A DNA stretch of 38,916 nt from Actinomycetota bacterium (GTDB lineage Bacteria; Actinomycetota; Acidimicrobiia; Actinomarinales; Actinomarinaceae). Both the position numbers and the translations under genes were made by a program. The stretch spans positions 1 through 38,916 of the forward strand of contig JAYZKG010000006.1 in NCBI GenBank assembly GCA_036163695.1, read 5' to 3'. This document shows, one piece after another, positions 19,603 to 30,957 of the stretch; positions within the stretch are counted from its first letter, which is position 1, and each line of letters starts with the position of its first letter. The notes under the pieces are model-generated. The model was given only the letters and a program-made list of their open reading frames with translations. It made no database searches and was not told the DNA's origin.

Positions 19603-19866
19603 TTAGCTCTGTCCTGGGTGTCCTCTAAATGTTCGTGTTGGTGAAAATTCACCTAATTTGTGTCCAACCATCGCTTCAGTAATAAAAACTGGTATGTGTT
19701 GTCTGCCATTGTGGATAGCAATAGTCAATCCGACCATCTCGGGAACAACTGTAGACCTTCGACTCCAAGTTTTGATAACATTTTTGTCACCAGTTTTTTT
19801 TGCATTTTCAATTTTCCTATATAAGTGCTCATCTACAAAAGGACCTTTCTTAACACTCCTAGACAT
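19603..19866 (-). CDS. rpsS: 30S ribosomal protein S19
   Basis: [16 protein letters not shown] and [11 protein letters not shown]. Confidence 0.98.
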   Translation of the reverse strand: MSRSVKKGPFVDEHLYRKIENAKKTGDKNVIKTWSRRSTVVPEMVGLTIAIHNGRQHIPVFITEAMVGHKLGEFSPTRTFRGHPGQS

Positions 19867-19869
19867 ATA

Positions 19870-20703
19870 CTAACTCCTACTCTTCTGAGAACTAGGTCGA
19901 ACAATAGACTTATTACTATACTTTTTCTTTTTTCTAGTTTTCTTTTCTGGCTTTCCCCAAGGACTGACTGGAGTTCTTCCTCCTGAAGATTTCCCTTCAC
20001 CCCCTCCTAATGGATGGTCAACAGGGTTCATTGCAACTCCTCTTGTTTGTGGTCTCTTCCCTTTCCATCTATTTCTACCTGCTTTACCTAATTTTGATAG
20101 TTCTGATTCAGCATTACCAACAACTCCTACTGTAGCCCGACACTCTAAGGGGACGGTTCTCATCTCTCCTGAAGGAAGTCTTAATAGTGCTAAACCACTT
20201 TCTTTATTCATTAATTGGACAGAAGATCCTGCTGATCTTGCCATTTTAGCACCACCGCTAGGGCGCAACTCTACGGCATGTACGAATGTTCCAGATGGAA
20301 TATTTCTCAAAGGGAGAGCATTCCCAACTTTAATATCTGCTTTAGGCCCTGACTCTACTTTGTCGTCTACACTTAATCCATTTGGTGCAAGAATATATCT
20401 TTTCTCTCCATCCGCATAGGCAATAAGAGCAATCAATGAATTTCTATTTGGATCATACTCAATAGATTTAACTTTGGCGCTTATCCCATCTTTGTTTCTT
20501 TTAAAATCTATAACGCGAAATTTTCTTTTATGACCCCCTCCTCTGTGGCGAGAGGTGATCCTTCCTTTATTATTTCTACCGCCTGAAGACTTTAAAGGAG
20601 TCGTTAAACTTTTCTCTGGTTTAGATTTGGTTACTTCACTAAAATCAGTTTCTACCAAAACTCGCATTCCAGGAGTCACGGGTCGTATCTTCTTAGATCC
20701 CAT
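19870..20703 (-). CDS. rplB: 50S ribosomal protein L2
   Basis: [15 protein letters not shown] and [17 protein letters not shown]. Confidence 0.98.
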   Translation of the reverse strand: MGSKKIRPVTPGMRVLVETDFSEVTKSKPEKSLTTPLKSSGGRNNKGRITSRHRGGGHKRKFRVIDFKRNKDGISAKVKSIEYDPNRNSLIALIAYADGEKRYILAPNGLSVDDKVESGPKADIKVGNALPLRNIPSGTFVHAVELRPSGGAKMARSAGSSVQLMNKESGLALLRLPSGEMRTVPLECRATVGVVGNAESELSKLGKAGRNRWKGKRPQTRGVAMNPVDHPLGGGEGKSSGGRTPVSPWGKPEKKTRKKKKYSNKSIVRPSSQKSRS

Positions 20704-20708
20704 ATTAT

Positions 20709-20996
20709 TTATCCACCAAACTCCTCTATCGAATCTCCTTCTTGAAGGGTAACTACAGCAATCTTCCTATCTGATTGCTTACCAATTACAAATCCAAACC
20801 TTTTATTTTTACCCTTTTTATTCATTGTATTAACAGAAGTTACAGTAACATTAAAGATTTTCTCAACGGCATTCTTGATTTCTGGCTTGGTTGACTTTTT
20901 ATGTACAATAAATGTATAGGCGTTGTTGTATGAAAGTCGATCATAAGACTTTTCAGAAATTAGAGGTTTAATTAGTACATCTTCTGAATACTTCAT
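20709..20996 (-). CDS. rplW: 50S ribosomal protein L23
   Basis: [18 protein letters not shown] and KIAVVTL. Confidence 0.96.
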   Translation of the reverse strand: MKYSEDVLIKPLISEKSYDRLSYNNAYTFIVHKKSTKPEIKNAVEKIFNVTVTSVNTMNKKGKNKRFGFVIGKQSDRKIAVVTLQEGDSIEEFGG

Positions 20997-21616
20997 AATC
21001 TTTCCTCGACTAACTGCTGAAAAGCCTCTTTAGTTATCAATAGATAGTCGTTCATAACTATATCAATTGCGGATAACTTGTCTGGAGTTCTTATTGCTAA
21101 ACTACCAATATTTCGAAATGATTTAACTAGATCATGCTCGGTTAACAATGAGACAAATAAAGCAGACCTGGTAATTCCTATATTGTTTAATACTGTTGAC
21201 GCCAGCTTTGTTGAAGGAGATTCCCAGCCTGATGGGTCAAGAATAAAAAATGAATCTTCTTTATGCCTCTGTGACAAAGCCATTTGTAGTGCTTTGCGTT
21301 TCATTAATTTTGGAGTTCTGTCTTTATATACTCTTCCTCCTGGGCCATGAACTATGCCGCCACCTCTGAATTGCACAGACCTCAAAGACCCTGCTCTTGC
21401 ACGTCCAGTTCCTTTTTGCATCCAAGGTTTTGCACCTGTTCCAGAAACTTCTGCTCTATTCTTTGTAGAAGCAGTTCTATTCCTATTATTTGTTCTCGAA
21501 GAAATTGCAACTTGATGCAGCAAACCTAGGTTGATTTCGTCTACAAAATTAACTTCATACTCTTCAGACTTCAACTTATTTGCTGAAGAATCGTATACAT
21601 TTATATTCGTACTCAT
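20993..21616 (-). CDS. rplD: 50S ribosomal protein L4
   Basis: TKNRAEVSG..KPWMQKGTGRARAGS..GGGIVHGP. Confidence 0.97.
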   Translation of the reverse strand: MSTNINVYDSSANKLKSEEYEVNFVDEINLGLLHQVAISSRTNNRNRTASTKNRAEVSGTGAKPWMQKGTGRARAGSLRSVQFRGGGIVHGPGGRVYKDRTPKLMKRKALQMALSQRHKEDSFFILDPSGWESPSTKLASTVLNNIGITRSALFVSLLTEHDLVKSFRNIGSLAIRTPDKLSAIDIVMNDYLLITKEAFQQLVEERL

Positions 21617-22356
21617 TCTTCTTCGCCTTTAATGTTTTCAACTTCAACCGTATTTGATTCTGGCTGCGAAGTAAAAACCTCGTTTACTCTTGAAGAATAA
21701 TTTTTTGCTAAATCAGATTGAGTTTCTGAATCAATTTTAATTGATTTTGATACAACTACAACTGATCCTTTTGCTCCCGGTACAGGACCGTTAACTAAAA
21801 AGTAATTATTATTGTCATCAACTGCGACGACCTTAACATTTTGAAGGGTTGACTTATTCCCCCCCATTCTTCCAGCCATTTTAGTTCCCTTAAAGACGTG
21901 GCCTGGATAGGAAGCATTCCCAATTGAACCTCCTGCTCTATGAACTTTGTGCACACCATGACTAGCTTTTTGTCCTGAAAAATTATGTCTTTTCATAACT
22001 CCAGCAAAACCTTTTCCTTTTGATGTGCCAGTAATATCAACTAAGTTTCCTGGTTCAAGAATGGATGAAACCCTTATCTGCTTCCCTGGAGTTATTTGTG
22101 AATCTTCATCAAGGGAAACTTCCCATAAACCTAAGCCTGGTTCAACATCGTATTTTTGGTAATGACTTGTTAGCGGGTCACTTACACTCTTACTCGTTCC
22201 AATAGTTAGCTGAGCTGCATCGTATCCGTCATTCTCAATAGATTTAATCTGTACAGCCCTACATGATGAAGCATCTAACACTGTTACAGCAATGGATTTT
22301 GAATCATTATCATATATTTGAGTCATACCAACTTTTCTTGCAACTATAGCTTTCAT
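21613..22356 (-). CDS. rplC: 50S ribosomal protein L3
   Basis: [19 protein letters not shown] and MAGRMG; C-terminal extension. Confidence 0.97.
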   Translation of the reverse strand: MKAIVARKVGMTQIYDNDSKSIAVTVLDASSCRAVQIKSIENDGYDAAQLTIGTSKSVSDPLTSHYQKYDVEPGLGLWEVSLDEDSQITPGKQIRVSSILEPGNLVDITGTSKGKGFAGVMKRHNFSGQKASHGVHKVHRAGGSIGNASYPGHVFKGTKMAGRMGGNKSTLQNVKVVAVDDNNNYFLVNGPVPGAKGSVVVVSKSIKIDSETQSDLAKNYSSRVNEVFTSQPESNTVEVENIKGEEE

Positions 22357-22664
22357 AACTTAATCTCTACTTCTACACCTGCAGGAAGATCTAGTCTCAT
22401 TAAAGAATCTACTGTTTTAGGAGTAGGCTCTACAATGTCAATAAGCCTTTTATGAATCCGCATTTCAAAATGTTCTCTTGAGTCCTTATCTACATGAGGT
22501 GATCGAATTACACAATAACGGTGAATTTGGGTAGGGAGAGGTATTGGGCCTTTAACTTTTGCCTGTGTTTTAGTTACTGTCTCTGCAATTTTACGTGCGG
22601 ATTCATCTATAACAATATTGTCATAGGCTTTCAACTTTATTCTTATTTGTTGTTTATCCGCCAT
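22353..22664 (-). CDS. rpsJ: 30S ribosomal protein S10
   Basis: [16 protein letters not shown] and [14 protein letters not shown]. Confidence 0.98.
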   Translation of the reverse strand: MADKQQIRIKLKAYDNIVIDESARKIAETVTKTQAKVKGPIPLPTQIHRYCVIRSPHVDKDSREHFEMRIHKRLIDIVEPTPKTVDSLMRLDLPAGVEVEIKL

Positions 22665-22676
22665 TTATTTTCCTCG

Positions 22677-22712
22677 AAAAAAAACCAGGGGTTCAATTCT
22701 ACCCCTGGTTTT
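22677..22712 (-). terminator. intrinsic terminator after tuf
   Basis: Minus strand AAAACCAGGGGT-AGAATTGA-ACCCCTGGTTTT, with the 3' arm ending in a T8 run. Confidence 0.8.
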
Positions 22713-22719
22713 GTTTAAC

Positions 22720-23904
22720 TTACTCAATAACTTTTGTTACTTGTCCTGCCCCTACAGTCCTTCCACCTTCTCTAATTGCAAACTTAACATTCTCTTCCAT
22801 TGCAATTGGTGATATAAGGTCAACTGTAATTGATACATTATCTCCTGGCATTACCATTTCTGTACCGTCTGGTAGAGTAACTTCTCCTGTTACATCAGTG
22901 GTTCTGAAATAGAATTGAGGCCTATAACCTTTGAAGAAAGGGTTGTGTCTACCACCCTCTTCTTTTGTCAGAACATAAATTTCAGCTTCGAACTTAGTGT
23001 GAGGTGTAATAGAACCAGGTTTGGCAATAACCTGTCCTCTTTCAACATCTTCTTTGTCTATCCCTCGCAAAAGAAGGCCTACATTATCTCCTGCTCGACC
23101 TTCATCTAGAAGCTTACGAAACATTTCAACTCCAGTACATACTGTTTTATGAGTATCTCTTATTCCGACAATCTCTACTTCTTCATTCACATTAACTATA
23201 CCCTGTTCTATTCTTCCAGTTACCACTGTTCCTCTACCAGTGATTGAAAAAACATCTTCGACCGGCATTAAGAAATCCTTATCGATATCTCTAACAGGCT
23301 CTTCTATGTAAGAATCGACTGCTGCCATAAGTTCAAGTATCGCCTCTTTCCCTTCATCTTTTCCTTCTAACGCAGCCAAGGCGGAGCCCTTAACTACAGG
23401 TACATCATCTCCAGGAAATTCATATTGATTCAACAATTCTCTTACTTCCATTTCAACAAGATCCAATAACTCGTCATCATCAACCTGGTCAACCTTATTC
23501 AAGAAAACAGCAATCGCTGGAACACCAACCTGTCTGGCTAAAAGTACATGCTCTCTTGTCTGAGGCATTGGACCATCTGCAGCTGATACAACAAGAATTG
23601 CTCCATCAACCTGTGCAGCACCAGTAATCATGTTTTTTACATAATCTGCGTGTCCAGGCATATCTACATGAGCGTAGTGCCTATTCTCAGTTTCATACTC
23701 TACATGAGCTATCTGAATTGTTATTCCTCTCTCCTTCTCTTCAGGGGCTTTATCTATTTCATCAAACGCTGTTGACTCGCCTCCTGAAGTTTCAGAAAGC
23801 ACTTTTGTAATTGCCGCAGTCAATGTAGTTTTGCCATGGTCGATGTGACCCATAGTTCCTACATTTACATGTGGCTTACTTCTATCAAATTTCTCTTTTG
23901 CCAT
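22720..23904 (-). CDS. tuf: elongation factor Tu
   Basis: [19 protein letters not shown] and [10 protein letters not shown]. Confidence 0.99.
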   Translation of the reverse strand: MAKEKFDRSKPHVNVGTMGHIDHGKTTLTAAITKVLSETSGGESTAFDEIDKAPEEKERGITIQIAHVEYETENRHYAHVDMPGHADYVKNMITGAAQVDGAILVVSAADGPMPQTREHVLLARQVGVPAIAVFLNKVDQVDDDELLDLVEMEVRELLNQYEFPGDDVPVVKGSALAALEGKDEGKEAILELMAAVDSYIEEPVRDIDKDFLMPVEDVFSITGRGTVVTGRIEQGIVNVNEEVEIVGIRDTHKTVCTGVEMFRKLLDEGRAGDNVGLLLRGIDKEDVERGQVIAKPGSITPHTKFEAEIYVLTKEEGGRHNPFFKGYRPQFYFRTTDVTGEVTLPDGTEMVMPGDNVSITVDLISPIAMEENVKFAIREGGRTVGAGQVTKVIE

Positions 23905-23945
23905 TTTTTCTCCTTAATCTATTTTAACTTAACACTTTTATAATG

Positions 23946-26048
23946 TTAAACCTCTACCTCTACTCCTTTTACACTTGCAGTTATTTCCTTAGTTATTGCG
24001 TCTGGCACATCCTCATAGGAGTCAAACTGCATAGTAAATGTTGCTCTTCCTTGTGTTCTAGAGCGCAAATCAGTTGCGTATCCGAACATTTCAGACAATG
24101 GTACAGTCGCAGAAACAACTTTTGCTGCCCCTCTTTGTCCCATTTCAGCAATCTTTCCTCTCCTAGAGGAGAGATCTCCTACAACATCTCCCATAAAATC
24201 TTCTGGTGTTACTACCTCTACATGCATTATAGGCTCTAACAACTTTACTCCTGCTTTTTTTGCTCCATCTTTCAGGGCCATAGAACCAGCAATCTTAAAT
24301 GCCATTTCAGACGAATCAACATCATGATAGGAGCCATCCACTAAAGTAGCTTTTACATTTACCAAAGGATAGCCTGCCAAAACACCTGATTCCATAGCAG
24401 CCTTGACACCTGCATTCACAGAAGGAATATATTCTCGAGGAATCCTCCCACTCTTTATCAAATCAATAAACTCATACTCATCGGATATTGGCTCAAATTC
24501 CATAACCACATGGCCATATTGACCCCGACCTCCACTTTGTCTGATATATTTAGCTTCTATATTTGCAGATCCTTTTAGTGCCTCTTTATACGCAACCTGT
24601 GGCTTACCAATATTAGCTTCAACTTTGAACTCTCTCTTTAATCTATCAACTAATATATCCAAATGAAGTTCTCCCATTCCTGAAATTATTGTTTGACCAG
24701 TATCTTCATCTGAATGTACTTTGAACGTAGGGTCCTCCTCTGCAAGCTTCTGTAAGCCTTCTGAAAGCTTTTCTTCATCTGCTTTTGATTTTGGTTCAAT
24801 AGCCACAGAAATTACTGGATCGGGGAAAGTCATTGTTTCAAGCTGAATTTGATTATTTGGGTCTGATAATGTATCTCCTGTTTTTGAATTTTTTATACCT
24901 ACACCAGCTACTATATCTCCTGTTGTAATCGAATCAATATCCTCACGAGAATTAGCGTGCATCCTTAAGATTCTTCCAATTCTTTCTTCTTTTCCTGTTG
25001 TTGTATTCACAACCTTATCCCCTTTGTTTAGCTTTCCTGAATATACTCTAAAGTAAGTTAGCTTACCTACATGGGGATCGCTCATAACCTTAAATGCTAA
25101 TGCAGAAAATGGTTCCTCATCTGAATGCTCTCTCTCCATTTCTACTTCCTCATCTCCTGGCTTATATCCTTTAACTGGATCAATATCTAAAGGAGAAGGT
25201 AAGTAATCAACAATGGCATCAAGTAATAATTGAACTCCTTTATTTTTAAAAGCGCTTCCTGCTAAAACTGGAACGAATAGCCCCTTCAGTGTTCCTTTTC
25301 TAACTGCTAACTTAAACTCCTCATCACTAATCTCGTCATCATTGAGATATTTTTCAAGAACCTTATCGTCTGCCTCAGCAACCACATCAAGTAGCTCTGC
25401 TCTTTTCTTTTGAGCAATATCTTTTTGTGTTTCATCTAACTCATTTATATCCCATTCTGAACCATCATCTTTAGTCCAAATATGTGCTTTCAGTTGAATC
25501 AAATCAATAACCCCTACAAAATCAGATTCGGCACCAATTGGAATATGCATAACAGCTGGTCGGGCTTCCAGTCGTTCAATTATAGACTCTACTCCTGCAT
25601 CAAAATCAGCGCCTGTTCTATCTAGTTTGTTGATAAAGCAAATCCTTGGAACATTGTATTTATCTGCCTGCCTCCATACCGTCTCTGATTGCGGCTCTAC
25701 ACCTGCAACCCCATCAAATACTGCAACTGCGCCATCCAAAACTCTTAATGATCTTTCAACCTCTACTGTAAAGTCAACATGACCAGGAGTATCAATGATA
25801 TTGATTATATGATCGTTCCATGAGCAAGTTGTAGCTGCAGAAGTTATAGTTATACCTCGTTCTTGCTCTTGCTCCATCCAGTCCATAACTGCAGCGCCAT
25901 CATGAACTTCTCCAATCTTGTAAGTCCTACCTGTATAGTAAAGAACCCTCTCCGTAGTAGTTGTTTTACCAGCATCTATATGTGCCATAATTCCAATATT
26001 TCTTAAAGTTTCTAATTTATTTGATTTTTGGTCTTGCTTTTCAGACAT
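23946..26048 (-). CDS. fusA: elongation factor G
   Basis: [22 protein letters not shown] and GMGELHL. Confidence 0.99.
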   Translation of the reverse strand: MSEKQDQKSNKLETLRNIGIMAHIDAGKTTTTERVLYYTGRTYKIGEVHDGAAVMDWMEQEQERGITITSAATTCSWNDHIINIIDTPGHVDFTVEVERSLRVLDGAVAVFDGVAGVEPQSETVWRQADKYNVPRICFINKLDRTGADFDAGVESIIERLEARPAVMHIPIGAESDFVGVIDLIQLKAHIWTKDDGSEWDINELDETQKDIAQKKRAELLDVVAEADDKVLEKYLNDDEISDEEFKLAVRKGTLKGLFVPVLAGSAFKNKGVQLLLDAIVDYLPSPLDIDPVKGYKPGDEEVEMEREHSDEEPFSALAFKVMSDPHVGKLTYFRVYSGKLNKGDKVVNTTTGKEERIGRILRMHANSREDIDSITTGDIVAGVGIKNSKTGDTLSDPNNQIQLETMTFPDPVISVAIEPKSKADEEKLSEGLQKLAEEDPTFKVHSDEDTGQTIISGMGELHLDILVDRLKREFKVEANIGKPQVAYKEALKGSANIEAKYIRQSGGRGQYGHVVMEFEPISDEYEFIDLIKSGRIPREYIPSVNAGVKAAMESGVLAGYPLVNVKATLVDGSYHDVDSSEMAFKIAGSMALKDGAKKAGVKLLEPIMHVEVVTPEDFMGDVVGDLSSRRGKIAEMGQRGAAKVVSATVPLSEMFGYATDLRSRTQGRATFTMQFDSYEDVPDAITKEITASVKGVEVEV

Positions 26049-26060
26049 AGGTTAACCTTG

Positions 26061-26528
26061 TTACCATCTGTAGTGAGCAAATGCTCTATTAGACTCTGCC
26101 ATTTTATGAACATCTTCCCTTTTCTTTATTGCAGCACCTGATTTATTGCTAGCATCAAGTATTTCTGCTGACAATCTTTCTTCCATAGTTTTTTCTCCGC
26201 GTTTTTTTGCGGCCGATACAAGCCAGCGTATGGCGAGTGCACTGCTTCTTCTTGCTGAAACTTCGACTGGAACTTGATAAGAAGTTCCCCCAACTCTCCT
26301 AGTTCTTGTTTCTACTTGTGGCTTAACATTCTCGTAGGCACTTTTTAATATTCCTAAAGGATCTCCGCCGCCTTTTTTTTCAATTATAGACATTGCTCCA
26401 TAGACTATAGTTCTTGCTTTATCCTTCTTGCCGTCCTGTAGGATTTGATTTGTTAGTTGGGAAACTAAATTGCTATCGAAAACAGGATCTGGAACTGTTT
26501 TTCTTTTCGGCGAAGGTCCTCTTCTCAT
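26061..26528 (-). CDS. rpsG: 30S ribosomal protein S7
   Basis: [11 protein letters not shown] and [15 protein letters not shown]. Confidence 0.98.
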   Translation of the reverse strand: MRRGPSPKRKTVPDPVFDSNLVSQLTNQILQDGKKDKARTIVYGAMSIIEKKGGGDPLGILKSAYENVKPQVETRTRRVGGTSYQVPVEVSARRSSALAIRWLVSAAKKRGEKTMEERLSAEILDASNKSGAAIKKREDVHKMAESNRAFAHYRW

Positions 26529-26532
26529 TTAT

Positions 26533-26901
26533 CTATCCTTTTTTACTTCCATATCTAGACCTTGCCTGTTTTCTTTCTGATACACCCCCTGTATCCAAAG
26601 CTCCTCTAATAACCTTATACCTAACTCCTGGAAGATCTTTAACCCTCCCGCCTCTAACAAGTACGATTGAGTGTTCTTGAAGGTTGTGCCCTTCTCCAGG
26701 AATATAAGCAGTAACTTCTGTTCCGGATGATAACCTAACTCTACAAACTTTTCTTAATGCAGAGTTTGGCTTTTTAGGAGTAACTGTATATACACGAGTA
26801 CATACGCCTCTTCTTTGGGGAGATCCTTTAAGCCCAGGTGTTTTCTCCTTAACAACCTTGGTTTTCCTACCCTTTCTTATCAATTGTTGTGTTGTTGGCA
26901 T
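26533..26901 (-). CDS. rpsL: 30S ribosomal protein S12
   Basis: [10 protein letters not shown] and [10 protein letters not shown]. Confidence 0.99.
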   Translation of the reverse strand: MPTTQQLIRKGRKTKVVKEKTPGLKGSPQRRGVCTRVYTVTPKKPNSALRKVCRVRLSSGTEVTAYIPGEGHNLQEHSIVLVRGGRVKDLPGVRYKVIRGALDTGGVSERKQARSRYGSKKG

Positions 26902-27004
26902 TTATTTTCTCTCTTCTTAAAATATAATTTTTTCTTACCAAAAATGAAGTATATATGACATTAAATAGTTAAAACAGGTATTTATTTATAAGTTTTATCC
27001 TATT

Positions 27005-30000
27005 TTAAGACTCTTCCTCCCGTGGACTACCTTCATCATCCTCTCCAAGCATAGCTAGCCATTGTGCAGGATTTGGCAAGGCCTCCTCTTCACCTTCTTC
27101 ATCTGTATTTTCTGACATAAATCCTAAATCTGCAACTTGAGGGGCGTCTGGCAATCTAGGCTGTATTACTTGATAAGTCTGTGATCCTGTACCTGCTGGA
27201 ATCAGAGTTCCAATAATTACATTCTCTTTTAATCCTGCTAAATAATCGGATCTTTTTAGCATTGCTGCTTCTGTCAATACTCGAGTTGTCTCTTGGAAGG
27301 ATGCTGCCGATAGCCAAGAATCTGTAGCTAGGCTGGCTTTTGTTATACCCATTAATTCTGGTCTTCCTTCTGCTGGAACTTTACCCTTTTCTACTAGGGC
27401 AATATTTGTGTTCCTAAACAATGTTGTATCAACCAATTCATTTGGTAAAAAATCTGAATGATTTGGCCTTACTATCCTAACTCTCCTCAGCATCTGTCTA
27501 ACTATCATCTCCACATGTTTATCGTGTACCTCGACTCCTTGATCTCTATATGTTTTTTGTACTTCGTTAACTAAATATTCTTGACAGACCTTAACTCCAT
27601 TAATAGCTAAAACTTCTTTCGGGTCTTTAGGTCCAGTAGTTAAAGATATTCCTGCTTCAACTTTATCTCCTTGATTAAATAATAATGTTTGCCTTCTCAA
27701 GACAAGAACCTCTTTTGATTCTTTCTCTCCAATTATTTCTAGAACTCTATTCCCGTCATCTAGAGTTGTAATGTCTTTTATTTTTCCATCTATAGGTGCT
27801 AGGACAGCTTTACCTTTTGGAGTTCTTGCTTCAAACAACTCAACAATTCTTGGTAATCCAGAAGTAATATCTAAGCCGACCACCCCACCTGTATGAAAAG
27901 TTCTCATAGTTAACTGAGTACCTGGTTCGCCTATTGACTGAGCTGAAATTATCCCTACAGCTTCACCAACCTCAACTGGTTTCCCTGTAGCTAGACTAAA
28001 CCCATAACATTGGGGGTCCATTGATTCAGGATTTCTTGAATTAAACGGGCTCAAAATAGATACATTTTCAATCCCTGAGTTCTGTATTACCTCTAAGGAT
28101 TCTGAATCAACGAAAGAGCCCTTTGTAAGCTTTTTCCCATCTGACCTTACTAATATTTTTCCATCGACTTTAACATCCTGAGCTAAAACACGTCCGTATA
28201 TACTCGAGTATAAATATCGATTTGGTTTTCCATCTATCGTTACAGGTTTTAATGTTCCTTTCCAGTCAATATTTTCTTCACCTAAATCTTTAATAACAAT
28301 CCCTGCCGCTACATCTACAAGTCTTCTAGTCAAGTATCCTGAATCTGCTGTCCTCAATGCTGTGTCGGCTAATCCTTTTCTAGCACCATGTGTTGATATG
28401 AAATATTCGAGGACAGACATACCTTCTCGGAAATTACTTTTAATAGGGCTTTCAATAATATCTCCTTTTGGATTAGCTACAAGTCCACGCATCCCTGCTA
28501 ATTGTCTAACTTGCATCATATTTCCTCTCGCACCAGACCTTACCATCATGTCTACAGGGTTAAACAAATCAGCTTGCAGCTCTTCATTCATTGCATCCTG
28601 AACTTCTTCTGTAGCCTCATTCCATATTTCAATAATTGCTTTTTTCTTTTCAGCTTCTGTAATTATCCCGTCATTCAATTGCTTAATTACTTTTTGAGCT
28701 AAATCTTCATACTTTTTTAATATTGAATCTTTTTTCGGTGGTGTCTTGACATCATTTATTGCAACTGTTAGCCCTGCTTTAGTTCCAAACTTAAACCCAA
28801 CATCTTTCATGGAGTCAAGAAAAATTCTTACTTCTGCCTTGTTGTATCTTTCAATTACTTCTGAAATTAATTTCCTCATTTGAGTCTTTCGGACAATCTC
28901 TTGTACGTAAGGAAAGTTTGAAGGAAGAATAGAGTTGAAATACACTCTCCCAAGAGTTGTGCATACTAGCTCCTTTGGATGAACTGGCTTGTCCGTTAAT
29001 AGGTCACTGAACCTATTCAACAACTCTTTATGAAGATCTGAATCTCCAGCAAGACTTCCTAATCGAATTCTAATTGGTGTTTGTAATGTAATTTCACCAT
29101 TGTCATATGCTAATTCAGCCTCATCAACATCAGAAAATGCTCTAGATGACTCTATGACTTCTTCGTCTTTTAAGTCAGATTTACACTCAGTAAGATAATA
29201 TAGGCCAATTACCATATCCTGACTCGGAGAAACAATCGGGTGCCCACTTGCAGGGGATAAAACATTGTTAGTTGACATCATCAAAACTCTTGCTTCAGCT
29301 TGAGATTCTGCTGACAGTGGGACATGGACGGCCATCTGGTCGCCGTCAAAATCTGCATTAAACGCTTCGCAAACTAAAGGATGGACCTGTATTGCTTTCC
29401 CCTCAACTAAAACTGGCTCAAAAGCTTGAATTCCTAGCCTATGAAGAGTTGGTGCACGGTTTAGTAAAACTGGGTGTTCGAGTATAACTTCAGCTAAAAC
29501 ATCCCATACTTGTGCTCTAGACCTCTCTACCATTCTTTTAGCTGCTTTAATATTCTGAGCAAGCCCAAGTTCGTTAAGCCTTTTCATTACAAATGGTTTA
29601 AATAACTCTAGGGCCATCATCTTAGGCAATCCACATTGCTGAAGCTCTAAATGTGGCCCTACTACAATTACTGACCTAGCTGAATAATCAACCCTCTTTC
29701 CAAGTAGGTTTTGTCTAAATCTCCCCTGTTTTCCTTTTAGCATATCCGATAATGACTTTAGTCCTCTACCACCTGCTCCAGAAACTGCTCTACCTCTTCT
29801 ACCATTGTCAAATAAAGCATCTACCGATTCTTGTAACATTCTTTTTTCGTTACTTATAATTATGTCTGGAGCTCCTAATTCAATTAACTTCTTTAATCGA
29901 TTATTTCTATTAATTAACCTCCTATAAAGATCATTTAAATCAGATGTTGCAAATCTTCCTCCATCAAGTTGAACCATAGGTCTTAGCTCAGGTGGAATAA

Positions 30001-30949
30001 CCGGGATTACATCTAAAACCATTGCTTCAGGTGGATTCTTCTTATCAGCAAAAGGCTTTATTACCTTCATTCTTTGTATGGCTCTCTGCCTTCGTTGAGT
30101 AGACTTTGAATCTAAATCTGTTTCTAGCTTTTTCATTTCCGCCTTAAGATCAACGGTAGAGATTAGATCTCTTACTGCTTCTGCACCCATGCCTCCCTCA
30201 AAATAGTCTCCATATTCTTCTTTAAGTTCACTCCATAATTTATCATTATCAATTAGTTCTTTGGGTTTCAAGCTCTTGAATCGGTCAAATGCATCCTGAA
30301 TGATTTGAACTTCTTGGTCGCTTTTTTTCTTCCTATCTTTAATCTCTTTTTCAACCTCTTTTTGACGAAATTGTATTTCGGGCTTTCCAACCCCTCCGCT
30401 TTCCATAGACTTGAGCTCTGTGTTCATCTGCTTAAGTCTTTTCTTCTCCCAGTCTTCGAATTCCTCATTTACTATTTCAACTTCATACTTAACTTTTTCT
30501 TCTAGCTCAGAAAGGTCTTTAGCCCTCTTTTTTTCGTCGATAGAAACAATGAGATATGCAGCAAAATAAATTACTTTTTCTAATTCCTTTGGAGACATAT
30601 CAAGAAAATATCCGAGTCTGCTCGGTACTCCCTTAAAATACCAAATATGTGTAACCGGAGCGGCGAGCTCTATATGACCCAATCTTTCTCTCCTAACCTC
30701 ACGCCTTGTGACTTCTACTCCGCAGCGTTCACAAACAATACCTCTATATCTAATTCTCTTGTACCGACCACATGAACATTCCCAATCTTTAGTTGGTCCG
30801 AAAATCCTCTCATCGAATAAGCCTTCTTTCTCTGGTTTCAGAGTTCTATAATTGATTGTTTCTGGTTTTTTAACTTCTCCATATGACCAATCTCTCATTT
30901 GGTCAGATGTTGCCAAACTTATACTTAATTCATCAAATACTTTGTCCAT
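27005..30949 (-). CDS. rpoC: RNA polymerase subunit beta-prime
   Basis: N-terminal zinc ribbon CSC..CERC, catalytic NADFDGD, trigger-loop region GEPGTQLTMRTFH, and an actinobacterial-type coiled-coil insert near residues 140-230. Confidence 0.99.
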   Translation of the reverse strand: MDKVFDELSISLATSDQMRDWSYGEVKKPETINYRTLKPEKEGLFDERIFGPTKDWECSCGRYKRIRYRGIVCERCGVEVTRREVRRERLGHIELAAPVTHIWYFKGVPSRLGYFLDMSPKELEKVIYFAAYLIVSIDEKKRAKDLSELEEKVKYEVEIVNEEFEDWEKKRLKQMNTELKSMESGGVGKPEIQFRQKEVEKEIKDRKKKSDQEVQIIQDAFDRFKSLKPKELIDNDKLWSELKEEYGDYFEGGMGAEAVRDLISTVDLKAEMKKLETDLDSKSTQRRQRAIQRMKVIKPFADKKNPPEAMVLDVIPVIPPELRPMVQLDGGRFATSDLNDLYRRLINRNNRLKKLIELGAPDIIISNEKRMLQESVDALFDNGRRGRAVSGAGGRGLKSLSDMLKGKQGRFRQNLLGKRVDYSARSVIVVGPHLELQQCGLPKMMALELFKPFVMKRLNELGLAQNIKAAKRMVERSRAQVWDVLAEVILEHPVLLNRAPTLHRLGIQAFEPVLVEGKAIQVHPLVCEAFNADFDGDQMAVHVPLSAESQAEARVLMMSTNNVLSPASGHPIVSPSQDMVIGLYYLTECKSDLKDEEVIESSRAFSDVDEAELAYDNGEITLQTPIRIRLGSLAGDSDLHKELLNRFSDLLTDKPVHPKELVCTTLGRVYFNSILPSNFPYVQEIVRKTQMRKLISEVIERYNKAEVRIFLDSMKDVGFKFGTKAGLTVAINDVKTPPKKDSILKKYEDLAQKVIKQLNDGIITEAEKKKAIIEIWNEATEEVQDAMNEELQADLFNPVDMMVRSGARGNMMQVRQLAGMRGLVANPKGDIIESPIKSNFREGMSVLEYFISTHGARKGLADTALRTADSGYLTRRLVDVAAGIVIKDLGEENIDWKGTLKPVTIDGKPNRYLYSSIYGRVLAQDVKVDGKILVRSDGKKLTKGSFVDSESLEVIQNSGIENVSILSPFNSRNPESMDPQCYGFSLATGKPVEVGEAVGIISAQSIGEPGTQLTMRTFHTGGVVGLDITSGLPRIVELFEARTPKGKAVLAPIDGKIKDITTLDDGNRVLEIIGEKESKEVLVLRRQTLLFNQGDKVEAGISLTTGPKDPKEVLAINGVKVCQEYLVNEVQKTYRDQGVEVHDKHVEMIVRQMLRRVRIVRPNHSDFLPNELVDTTLFRNTNIALVEKGKVPAEGRPELMGITKASLATDSWLSAASFQETTRVLTEAAMLKRSDYLAGLKENVIIGTLIPAGTGSQTYQVIQPRLPDAPQVADLGFMSENTDEEGEEEALPNPAQWLAMLGEDDEGSPREEES

Positions 30950-30957
30950 TTTCCCTT

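Noticed and set aside
26902-27004. rpoC-rpsL spacer as a structured RNA or terminator
   Set aside because: Very AT-rich with no stable hairpin. A TATACT (26948-26953) may be a -10, but no -35 supports it.
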